A stretch of 64,000 nt of DNA from SAR86 cluster bacterium AG-313-N18 (lineage in GTDB: Bacteria; Pseudomonadota; Gammaproteobacteria; Magnimaribacterales; D2472): positions 6,826 through 70,825 of the forward strand of contig QBVY01000005.1 in assembly GCA_003283765.1 (NCBI GenBank), given 5' to 3'. Below, piece by piece: positions 36,573-44,570 of this stretch (positions within the stretch are counted from its first letter, which is position 1; every line of letters begins with the position of its first letter). The notes below the pieces were generated by a model, which was not told where the DNA came from, searched no databases, and saw nothing but the letters and a program-made list of their open reading frames with translations. Made by a program: the position numbers and the translations under genes.

Positions 36573-37711
36573 TAGAAACCGCTTATATCTGCATACCTTG
36601 CTTGATGAAACTCTGAGGTTCCAAAGATCTGTTCAGCAACTCGTGCTCTTTTAAGATAGAAACCAATATCATATTCATCAGTTACGCCTATCCCACCGTG
36701 CATTTGGATTGCTTCATTGCTTACTAGATGGAGGGTTTCTCCAGCTTGAAACTTAGCTAGACTAGAAAGTCTTTCTAGCTCATTTGAATTTTCATCTGCA
36801 GCATGCATGGCAGCAATTACTGCTGATTTAGTTAATTCAATTTCACAGAACATTTTTGCAGCTCTGTGCTGAAGAGCTTGAAAGGATCCGATTTGCACAC
36901 CAAACTGCTTTCTCTCTTTGAGGTAATTAACCGTAACCTCGAAAGCTTCTTCGGTATTTCCTAACATTTCTGCTGAAATAGCAATGCGACCCAAATCAAG
37001 AATTTTCTCAAGAGTTTCGCCAGCCAAGTCTTGCTCACCGAGTAAAGCATTTTGGTCTAATTTAAGATCAGACATTTCAATGTTTGCATAATTTCTAGAA
37101 TCAGCTGTCGATATCTTAGTGATATCCAACCCAGCGCTATCTTTGTTAGCAACAAATACGGAAATACCATTTGATTCTCCTGATTTACCAGAGGTTCGGG
37201 CCACTAACAACATACTATCTGCACTTGCGCCATCCACAACAAATACTTTTTTTCCATTCAATACCCATTCATCTCCATCAAGAACTGCAGTGGCGTCAAT
37301 GGCAAAAGGATCATGGTGATTGCCTTCATCAATAGCTAAAGCTGTTGTTAATTCGCCAGCTACTATTTTTGGTAAATAATTCTCTTTTTGCTCATCTGAG
37401 CCAAGCATATTAATGACTGAAACGCCAAGAACCGATGTTGATAATATGGGAGAGGGTGTAAGGGTTCTACCTAATTCCTGCATGATTACACTGATACCAG
37501 CCATACCAAATTCTGAACCACCAAATTGCTCTGGAACAAGAATCCCAGACCAGCCTAGCTCAACCATTTCCTTCCACACTGACTCATCCCAGCATTGGCT
37601 GTTTTCCTTATCTCGCAACTCTCTAAAATGAGTCACGGGAGTTTTATCTCTAGCAAAACTTTGAGCTGTATCTTTTAAAAACTGTTGTTCTTCTGTAAGT
37701 ATTAATTTCAT
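36572..37711 (-). CDS. Acyl-CoA dehydrogenase family protein, beta-type partner
   Basis: ACAD fold ('FGVQIGSFQALQH', 'QMHGGIGVTDE') with the C-terminus '...AEQIFGTSEFHQARYAD' in place of the GGTSE-VQ..I motif. Sits 7 nt downstream of the alpha-type ACAD. Confidence 0.75.
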   Translation of the reverse strand: MKLILTEEQQFLKDTAQSFARDKTPVTHFRELRDKENSQCWDESVWKEMVELGWSGILVPEQFGGSEFGMAGISVIMQELGRTLTPSPILSTSVLGVSVINMLGSDEQKENYLPKIVAGELTTALAIDEGNHHDPFAIDATAVLDGDEWVLNGKKVFVVDGASADSMLLVARTSGKSGESNGISVFVANKDSAGLDITKISTADSRNYANIEMSDLKLDQNALLGEQDLAGETLEKILDLGRIAISAEMLGNTEEAFEVTVNYLKERKQFGVQIGSFQALQHRAAKMFCEIELTKSAVIAAMHAADENSNELERLSSLAKFQAGETLHLVSNEAIQMHGGIGVTDEYDIGFYLKRARVAEQIFGTSEFHQARYADISGF

Positions 37712-37718
37712 TGGTTCC

Positions 37719-38903
37719 TTAGTTAGGTAGATCTAGAACTCTTCTGGAAATAACATTGAGCTGAACTTCAGAAGTTCCTCCCTCAATTGAATTAGCTTTA
37801 GTTCTTAGCCATGCTTTGGTTATGGCCTGCTCATCATCTGAAAAACCTTCATTAGTCCAACCTAAGCCTTTATTTCCCATTGCAGCAATCATAAGCTCAT
37901 AGCGATCTTTATTATGTTCGGTTCCATAGTATTTAAACATTGATGATGCAGCTGAGGCTTTCGCGCCTTCGTCTCCAGAGCGCTGCAGGGTTAATCCAAA
38001 CGCATGCTCTTTCATTTTGTGCAATGTTATATTTTCTCTTTGAGCTGAATTGGCTATTTGGCCATTAGCCTCACCTAAGTATTTTTTTGCTATGTTTACT
38101 ACATCTGCTCCAGATCCAGTCCCACCTCCAGCAAGACCAAAATTGGAAATAAAGTTTCTTTCATGTTGCAAGAGTTTTTTGGCTATTGTCCAGCCGGAAT
38201 TTTCTACCCCAACAAGATTCTCTTTTGGTGCTTTGACATTGTCAAAAAAAGTTTCACAAAACGGTGATTTACCACTGATGAGTGTAATTGGCTTGGTGCT
38301 CACTCCCTCAGTAGCCATATCAATAAGTAAAAAACTAATTCCATTATGCTTTGGCTCTTTTGGACCAGTTCTTACAAGAGCAAATATCCAATCTGCTTTA
38401 TCAGCATAGGAAGTCCAAACTTTTTGACCATTGACTAAATAATGATCACCCATATCCTCTGCTTTGGTTGAGAGGCTAGCTAAGTCAGAGCCTGAACCAG
38501 GTTCGGAATAACCTTGGCACCATCTAATCTCGCCTTTAATAATTTTTGGGAGATGTTCTCTTTTTTGCTCTTCTGAACCAAATTCAATTATGCATGGTGC
38601 TAGCATCCAAATACCGAAGCTATTTAACGCAGGCCTTGCCTTAATTCTAAAGAGTTCTTGATGAAGGACTTTAGTTTCATCCCTATCTAGACCTCCACCA
38701 CCATATTCTTTTGGTAAATTAGGAGCAGTCCAACCTTTTTCTCCCATTCTTTCTAACCATAATTTCGATTCAGGATTAACATACTCTGCATTTCTGCCGC
38801 CCCAAACCTCTTCTTCAGGCACTAGGGGAGTTCTCATAGTGGGAGGGCAATTTTCCTCTAGCCAATCCCTGACTTCTTGCCTAAATTGTTCTAAATGTTC
38901 CAT
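37719..38903 (-). CDS. Acyl-CoA dehydrogenase (alpha-type)
   Basis: 'WCQGYSEPGSGSDLASLSTKA', 'NGQKVWTS' and C-terminal 'IEGGTSEVQLNVISRRVLDLP'. Confidence 0.85.
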   Translation of the reverse strand: MEHLEQFRQEVRDWLEENCPPTMRTPLVPEEEVWGGRNAEYVNPESKLWLERMGEKGWTAPNLPKEYGGGGLDRDETKVLHQELFRIKARPALNSFGIWMLAPCIIEFGSEEQKREHLPKIIKGEIRWCQGYSEPGSGSDLASLSTKAEDMGDHYLVNGQKVWTSYADKADWIFALVRTGPKEPKHNGISFLLIDMATEGVSTKPITLISGKSPFCETFFDNVKAPKENLVGVENSGWTIAKKLLQHERNFISNFGLAGGGTGSGADVVNIAKKYLGEANGQIANSAQRENITLHKMKEHAFGLTLQRSGDEGAKASAASSMFKYYGTEHNKDRYELMIAAMGNKGLGWTNEGFSDDEQAITKAWLRTKANSIEGGTSEVQLNVISRRVLDLPN

Positions 38904-38978
38904 ATTTTTTTGATTGCTTGCGCATATTTAAAGAGGAGTTATTATAATCAAGTAATCATTTTTTTGGCAATTTAAAAT

Positions 38979-40025
38979 ATGAAATCATACCAAGCTCCAG
39001 AGGCTGGAAAGCCACTTATTGAAGTTAAGTCTCCAACACCTGAGCCAACTGGCAGCCAGGTTATTATAAAAACTATAGCTTGTGGGGTGTGCCATTCTGA
39101 TGTGCATATACACTCGGGTGCATTTGATTTAGGTGGCGGCAATGAATTGCCTGTGCCTGTTCCAAATCCATTCACATTAGGACATGAGGTCTTTGGAGAA
39201 GTTGTAGCAGTTGGGCCAGAAGCAACAAATATTAAGGTTGGAGACAAAAGAATTGTTTACCCATGGATTGGGTGCAGCGATTGTAATGTTTGTGCTAATG
39301 GTGATGAACACTTGTGTAATACAGGTCCTGTTATTGGTGTGATGCAGCCTGGTGGTTTTGGAGATCATGTTGTAGTTCCTGATTCAAAATATTTGCATGA
39401 TGCAGGGGATACGCCTGAACATTTAGCTGGGAGTTATGCTTGCTCAGGGCTGACAGCTTATAGTGCTCTTAAAAAGGGCGCTCCGTACACTTCAGATCAT
39501 GATTTAATTATTATTGGTGTTGGAGGCGTCGGCATGATGGGTTTACAGATTGCCAAGGCAGCATTCAATTGCAATCCAATCGTTGTAGATGTGGATGAAG
39601 AAAAGCTCAAACTAGCTCTTGAGAATGGCGCATCAGCTGCTATCAATCCTACGGACGAGGATGCAATGATGAAAGTTTTTGAAATCACTGGTGGGAATGC
39701 ATCTGTTGCGATAGATTTTGTTGGTTCAGAACAGTCCACTGCATTTGGAACCAATCTTTTAAGAAAAGGTGGTAAGTATATTATCGTAGGGCTATATGGA
39801 GGCGAGTTAAAACTTCCTTTACCTTTGATTCCAATTATGGAAAGAGGCGTGCAAGGTTCATACACTGGCAGCCCAGGCGATATGCATGAGCTGATGAAGC
39901 TTGTAAGATCTGGAAAAGTTGATCCAATTCCTGTAGAGAAAAGACCAGCCTCTCAAGCAAATCAGACTTTAGAAGACCTTAAAAATGGTAAAATTCTTGG
40001 TAGAGCTGCCCTAATGCACGACTAA
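38979..40025 (+). CDS. Zinc-dependent alcohol dehydrogenase (MDR family)
   Basis: 'GVCHSDVH' catalytic-Zn motif, structural-Zn Cys cluster 'CSDCNVCANGDEHLC' and Rossmann 'IIGVGGVG'. Confidence 0.85.
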   Translation: MKSYQAPEAGKPLIEVKSPTPEPTGSQVIIKTIACGVCHSDVHIHSGAFDLGGGNELPVPVPNPFTLGHEVFGEVVAVGPEATNIKVGDKRIVYPWIGCSDCNVCANGDEHLCNTGPVIGVMQPGGFGDHVVVPDSKYLHDAGDTPEHLAGSYACSGLTAYSALKKGAPYTSDHDLIIIGVGGVGMMGLQIAKAAFNCNPIVVDVDEEKLKLALENGASAAINPTDEDAMMKVFEITGGNASVAIDFVGSEQSTAFGTNLLRKGGKYIIVGLYGGELKLPLPLIPIMERGVQGSYTGSPGDMHELMKLVRSGKVDPIPVEKRPASQANQTLEDLKNGKILGRAALMHD

Positions 40026-40768
40026 AGTTTTTCGAGAAGCTTACTACATATATTCTGTAATTCGTCACTTATCACTATATCTGCGCTTTGGTCATACCGA
40101 GTTTTTTCTCTATTTAATATAATAAGCTTTGAGCCTGATCGCATTGCTAAATTAGGAAGCTTTCCTGCAGGCAATACTTTCAAAGATGAACCCATAACAA
40201 TCATTAAATCACTTTCTTCAACAATCTTTGAGGCATGCATCATGTTCATTTCATTCATAGGTTGGCCAAATGAGATGGTAGCTACTTTAACAATGCCCCC
40301 ACAAAAATTGCATTTTGGTAATGGAGCTTTAGATTTAATAGCATTATGAAAATTTAAAATATTTTGTTCTGCTTGACACTCCAAACATGCAGCCTCTATG
40401 GCGCTGCCATGAATTTCTATAATTTTGTTTTTAGGGATTCCTGATTTTTGATGTAACCCATCAATGTTTTGAGTGATCAAAAAGTTATTTTTTTGCAAAC
40501 CAGTTATTTGTTCAACAAAAGCATGCCCTATGTTTGGTTTTATATTTTTAAGGAGCGCATGAAGCTCAATATTTCTTTCCCATGATAATCTTTGTTTTTC
40601 CTCGCTCAGTAAAAATTCATTGAAGTGAATCGGTTTATTTTTAGTCCAAAAACCATTATCGCTCCTAAAATCAGGCAACCCAGATTCTGTGCTTATCCCA
40701 GCACCAGTTAAAATAACTGTGCTATTACTAGCTTTTACTAGCTTAATAATTTCATTAAATGTGTTCAC
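40022..40768 (-). CDS. cobB: NAD-dependent protein deacylase (sirtuin)
   Basis: 'GAGISTESGLPDFRS', 'TQNIDGLH', 'HGS' and zinc ribbon 'CLECQ...CNFCGG'. 248 aa single-domain protein with a GTG start. Confidence 0.85.
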   Translation of the reverse strand: MNTFNEIIKLVKASNSTVILTGAGISTESGLPDFRSDNGFWTKNKPIHFNEFLLSEEKQRLSWERNIELHALLKNIKPNIGHAFVEQITGLQKNNFLITQNIDGLHQKSGIPKNKIIEIHGSAIEAACLECQAEQNILNFHNAIKSKAPLPKCNFCGGIVKVATISFGQPMNEMNMMHASKIVEESDLMIVMGSSLKVLPAGKLPNLAMRSGSKLIILNREKTRYDQSADIVISDELQNICSKLLEKL

Positions 40769-40810
40769 AAATTTGCTTTTAAATTGACTTCAGAGAGTAT
40801 AATTGCTCCC

Positions 40811-41674
40811 ATGTTTAAAAATATAGGCATTGTTTTAAAAAAAAGCCTCTCATCTAAAGAATCTTCTGTTGTAAGTGGGATGCTCAGTGTTTTACTCAAA
40901 AACACTAAAAAAATTTATTCAACTGACCAAATTGACTTTGAGGGTGTGGATATTGTCGATATTGAAAAATTTAATCAATCTGTTGATCTCACCATTGTAT
41001 TTGGCGGAGACGGGACTTTACTAGGAGCAGCAAGAAAATTTATCGAAAATGAGATTCCAATCTTGGGAATAAATATGGGTGCTGTTGGCTTTCTGACCGA
41101 TGTGAATATTGAAAACTTTGAATCAGTTATCAATGATGTTTTCAAGGGTGATTATATCCTTGAAGAGAGAAGTTTGGTTGAAGCCCAATTCTCAGATCAA
41201 GAAGTTTTTGGTCTCAATGAAATATTAATTCATTCAGGATCTTATGCTCAGTTAATGAGATATAGATTATTGATTGATGGCAAGACTGTATATGAACAGC
41301 GATCAGATGGGTTGATAGTTGCAACTCCAACTGGGTCAACTGCATATGCATTATCTGCAGGAGGCTCAATAGTTCATCCAGAGTTAAATATTTGGAATAT
41401 TATACCCATGATGTCCCAAAGCCTTTCCTCTAGACCTTTAATAGTTTCAAATCAGAAATCTCTGGAGATTCAACTCATTGAAGGGCCTTTAGATCATGCA
41501 ATGGTTTGTGTGGACGGTCAAAAAGATATACCTATTGAGTACAATAATTCTATTCATATTACAAAGAAGGACTCTTCTTTAAAAATAATCCATCCCTCCG
41601 ATAATGATTTTTATGAAGCCTGTAGAGAAAAACTTGGTTGGAGCCTAGATATTACTGCCAAGAAAATACATTAG
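40811..41674 (+). CDS. nadK: NAD kinase
   Basis: 'VFGGDGTLL', 'GINMGAVGFL' and 'ATPTGSTAYALSAGG'. I prefer the ATG at 40811 ('MFKNIGIV..') to the track TTG at 40784. Confidence 0.85.
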   Translation: MFKNIGIVLKKSLSSKESSVVSGMLSVLLKNTKKIYSTDQIDFEGVDIVDIEKFNQSVDLTIVFGGDGTLLGAARKFIENEIPILGINMGAVGFLTDVNIENFESVINDVFKGDYILEERSLVEAQFSDQEVFGLNEILIHSGSYAQLMRYRLLIDGKTVYEQRSDGLIVATPTGSTAYALSAGGSIVHPELNIWNIIPMMSQSLSSRPLIVSNQKSLEIQLIEGPLDHAMVCVDGQKDIPIEYNNSIHITKKDSSLKIIHPSDNDFYEACREKLGWSLDITAKKIH

Positions 41675-41676
41675 AC

Positions 41677-42279
41677 TTGAACACTAACTCCTTATACTTT
41701 TTTATTATTGCGATTGCTATATTGCTGAGCTGTTTAACAAATTTTGGTTTTAGTAGTCTGTTAGAGCCATTTCTTTTTCTTAAAAGCAATGGGCAAAACT
41801 TATACCCATCATTTCAGAATACTTATTTAGCTTCTCATGAGTGGTGGCGACTTATTACTCCAACTTTTCTTCATTTTTCTCTAACTCACCTAATATTTAA
41901 TTGTTTATGGATTTATATTCTAGGATCAAAAATTGAAGTGATTGATGGGAAGGCAGTATTTTTAGTTTTATTTTTAGTTTCTGGTTTATCAAGTAATCTT
42001 GGCCAATATTTCTTAACTGGTGACTATCTATTTGGGGGATTAAGTGGAGCCGTGTATAGCCTTTTAGGCTACTGCTTTATTTTAGATTTAGATAATAGGG
42101 GTCAAAGATATGATCTCCCAAATGCCTTATATATATTTATGTTCATTTGGCTATTAGTTGGCTTCACAGGGCTATTATCAATTTTTGGTTTTGGGAATGT
42201 TGCGAATATAGCTCATTTAGTTGGTATGATAGCTGGGTTTGTACTTGGTTTAATTGCCAAATATACTTTGAAGTTTTAG
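41677..42279 (+). CDS. Rhomboid family intramembrane serine protease
   Basis: Multi-TM protein with 'WWRLITPTFLHFSLTHLIFN', catalytic 'GGLSGAVYSL' and 'AHLVGMIAG'. The start is uncertain. TTG at 41677 directly follows the nadK stop, whereas the track TTG at 41638 overlaps nadK. Confidence 0.75.
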   Translation: MNTNSLYFFIIAIAILLSCLTNFGFSSLLEPFLFLKSNGQNLYPSFQNTYLASHEWWRLITPTFLHFSLTHLIFNCLWIYILGSKIEVIDGKAVFLVLFLVSGLSSNLGQYFLTGDYLFGGLSGAVYSLLGYCFILDLDNRGQRYDLPNALYIFMFIWLLVGFTGLLSIFGFGNVANIAHLVGMIAGFVLGLIAKYTLKF

Positions 42280-42283
42280 CCTA

Positions 42284-43117
42284 ATGAGAAAAATTACTAA
42301 AGCAGTCTTTCCTGTTGCTGGTCTTGGAACAAGATTTTTACCTGCAACCAAAGCTATTCCAAAAGAAATGCTTCCAATTATAGACAAGCCTCTGATTGAA
42401 TACGCTGTTGAGGAAGCTGTGGTGGCAGGAATAAAAGAAATAATTTTTATAACAAGTCATACAAAAAGATCAATTGAAGATCATTTTGATACGAACCTTG
42501 AGCTTGAAGAAAAATTGCTTAAGTCAGGTAAAAAAGATGCCATAAAAAAGATAAATAGAAATATATTCCAAGATGTCACCTTTACTTATGTCCGGCAGAA
42601 ATCACAGAAAGGCTTAGGACATGCAATTCTGCAAGCTAAGCACTTAATAAATGATGAATCCTTTGCTATTTTGCTAGCAGATGATCTAATTATCAATGAT
42701 CCTTCTGCTACTCAGCAATTAATCAATGTTGCTCAAAAGACTAACTCATCTGTAATCGGGTTAAATAAAGTTCCTAAAGAACATATAAGTAGGTATGGAG
42801 TTATTTCTTCTGCAGATATATCTAAAGAACAAAAACTATTTCTTCTTGATGGGATTATTGAAAAACCTGAATTAAATCCTCCTTCAGACATGGCTGTTTT
42901 TGGTAGATATGTTTTATCTCATCATATATTTAATTATTTAGAGATCATAAATCCTGGGGTTGCTGGAGAACTCCAGCTAACAGATGCAATTAAACTAATG
43001 TTAAAAGAGCATGATATCAATGGGTATCTTTATGATGGCATTAAATTTGATTGCGGATCCAAGGAGGGATATGTGCAAGCAATTGCCCATCTAGCATCTG
43101 ATCTTTTGCCAAAATGA
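42284..43117 (+). CDS. galU: UTP-glucose-1-phosphate uridylyltransferase
   Basis: 'KAVFPVAGLGTRFLPATKAIPKEMLPIIDKPLIEYAVEEA' and 'VRQ....GLGHAIL'. Confidence 0.9.
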   Translation: MRKITKAVFPVAGLGTRFLPATKAIPKEMLPIIDKPLIEYAVEEAVVAGIKEIIFITSHTKRSIEDHFDTNLELEEKLLKSGKKDAIKKINRNIFQDVTFTYVRQKSQKGLGHAILQAKHLINDESFAILLADDLIINDPSATQQLINVAQKTNSSVIGLNKVPKEHISRYGVISSADISKEQKLFLLDGIIEKPELNPPSDMAVFGRYVLSHHIFNYLEIINPGVAGELQLTDAIKLMLKEHDINGYLYDGIKFDCGSKEGYVQAIAHLASDLLPK

Positions 43118-44100
43118 GAATATTGCTTTCAATCTTGAGAATGCTGCCTCCTGAGCTTGCTCACTCAATTGCACTCAATTCATTACAACTTTTATATCAA
43201 TTAAAACTAATTAGCATATTTTTCCCGCAGAGATTCTCTGAGACTTCATTCACTTTTAAAGGTCTAAAATTTAAAAATAAACTTGGTATAGCTGCAGGAT
43301 TAGATAAAAATGGAGATTTTATAAATTCATTGGGAGCATTGGGTTTTGGTTTTATTGAAGTCGGAACTATTACCCCTAAACCACAGCCTGGCAATCCAAA
43401 GCCAAGAGTATTTCGTTTTACTGATCAAGAAGCAATTGTAAATAGGCTAGGTTTTAATAATAAAGGCGTTGATCACCTTGTAAAAAGAGTAAAGGGAAGA
43501 AAATATAATGGAGTGCTTGGAATTAATATTGGAGCAAACAAGGATTCTATGGGTCAGAAGAGGATCAATGATTATATTGAATGTTTCCAGAAAGTTTCTG
43601 CTTATGCAGATTATATTACCGTTAATATTTCATCACCAAATACTCCTGGGTTGAGATCTTTGCATTCCAAAGAAAACTTTATACCACTGTTTAAAGCTAT
43701 TAGTCATGTCCGAGAAACTGAAAATTTTTTGAATCCAATTTTTATAAAATTATCACCTGATGAACATATAGACGTAATTTCTGAAATTACTAAGGCTATT
43801 AAAGAATTTAATTTCGATGGAGTAATAACTTCTAATACCACAATTGAAAAGAGTAATTTAATGTTGCAATCGAAGGTAGGCCTTTCGGGCGGTCTATCCG
43901 GCAAACCTTTGCTTGAAAAATCAAATGAACTTCTTTCTTTAGTGCATTTAAGAGAGCCTGAGCTTTTCAAAATTGGAGTTGGTGGAGTGCATAATAAAGA
44001 AAGTTTTAATATGAAATTAGAAAAAGGAGCCTCCTTAGTACAAATTTATACAAGCTTTATTTATCACGGCCCTAAAATAATTAAAAAATTATTGAACTAG
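43114..44100 (+). CDS. pyrD: Dihydroorotate dehydrogenase (quinone), class 2
   Basis: 'GIAAGLDKNG', 'GFIEVGTITPKPQPGNPKPR', 'NRLGFNN', 'NISSPNTPGLR' and 'GVGGV'. Confidence 0.9.
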   Translation: MRILLSILRMLPPELAHSIALNSLQLLYQLKLISIFFPQRFSETSFTFKGLKFKNKLGIAAGLDKNGDFINSLGALGFGFIEVGTITPKPQPGNPKPRVFRFTDQEAIVNRLGFNNKGVDHLVKRVKGRKYNGVLGINIGANKDSMGQKRINDYIECFQKVSAYADYITVNISSPNTPGLRSLHSKENFIPLFKAISHVRETENFLNPIFIKLSPDEHIDVISEITKAIKEFNFDGVITSNTTIEKSNLMLQSKVGLSGGLSGKPLLEKSNELLSLVHLREPELFKIGVGGVHNKESFNMKLEKGASLVQIYTSFIYHGPKIIKKLLN

Positions 44101-44107
44101 AATTTTT

Positions 44108-44542
44108 ATGGAATTATTAATTTCTCTTTTTGTAATTCTTTTTTTAGTTGGGGCAATTAGTTTTTTAAAGCCTTCAAAAAAAATGAAAGCTCTCAGTCAA
44201 GTTAGAATGTCGGCTGCTAAAGAGGGTTTTAAAATTGGTTCAACAAATGAATTAAGAAACAAATTTAAAAACTGGAGCCCTCAAGTTGCTATATATCAAA
44301 TTAAAAACACTTCTGATCATAAGAATTTACACTACCTGAGAATAGATAATAGGCTTAAACTTTACGAACCCATCTCCTTTAAATATGAAAAACAATTTCA
44401 AATAGTTGAGGAAAAAATTTCTCAATTACCGTCTTCTGTACTTGAAATTATTTTTTATCAGTCCAATATAGCAATCGTTTGGAATGAAATGCTTGGCATT
44501 AAAGAGCTTTTAAAAATTAAGGAAGCTGTATTAAAAATATGA
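44108..44542 (+). CDS. Hypothetical membrane-anchored protein
   Basis: Single N-terminal TM segment ('LLISLFVILFLVGAISFL'). The ORF fills the pyrD-topA gap. No recognisable motif. Confidence 0.45.
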   Translation: MELLISLFVILFLVGAISFLKPSKKMKALSQVRMSAAKEGFKIGSTNELRNKFKNWSPQVAIYQIKNTSDHKNLHYLRIDNRLKLYEPISFKYEKQFQIVEEKISQLPSSVLEIIFYQSNIAIVWNEMLGIKELLKIKEAVLKI

Positions 44543-44570
44543 ACTTTTGCAAATTATAGTAAATTAAATT

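Noticed and set aside
38911-38958. Imperfect inverted repeat TGATTGCTTG ... CAAGTAATCA (9/10) in the ACAD/Zn-ADH divergent region.
   Set aside because: The 28-nt loop/spacer is long and there is one mismatch. It has no second copy in the window and no similarity to the GGTAAT-N14-ATTACC motif. It is not distinguishable from chance in AT-rich DNA without comparative data.
40022-40768. The Sir2-domain gene as a possible anti-phage (Thoeris/DSR-like) effector.
   Set aside because: It is a 248-aa single-domain sirtuin with a complete NAD pocket and a Cys4 zinc ribbon, typical of the housekeeping CobB deacylase. It has no fused SLOG/TIR/helicase domain and no partner gene, and it sits beside nadK.
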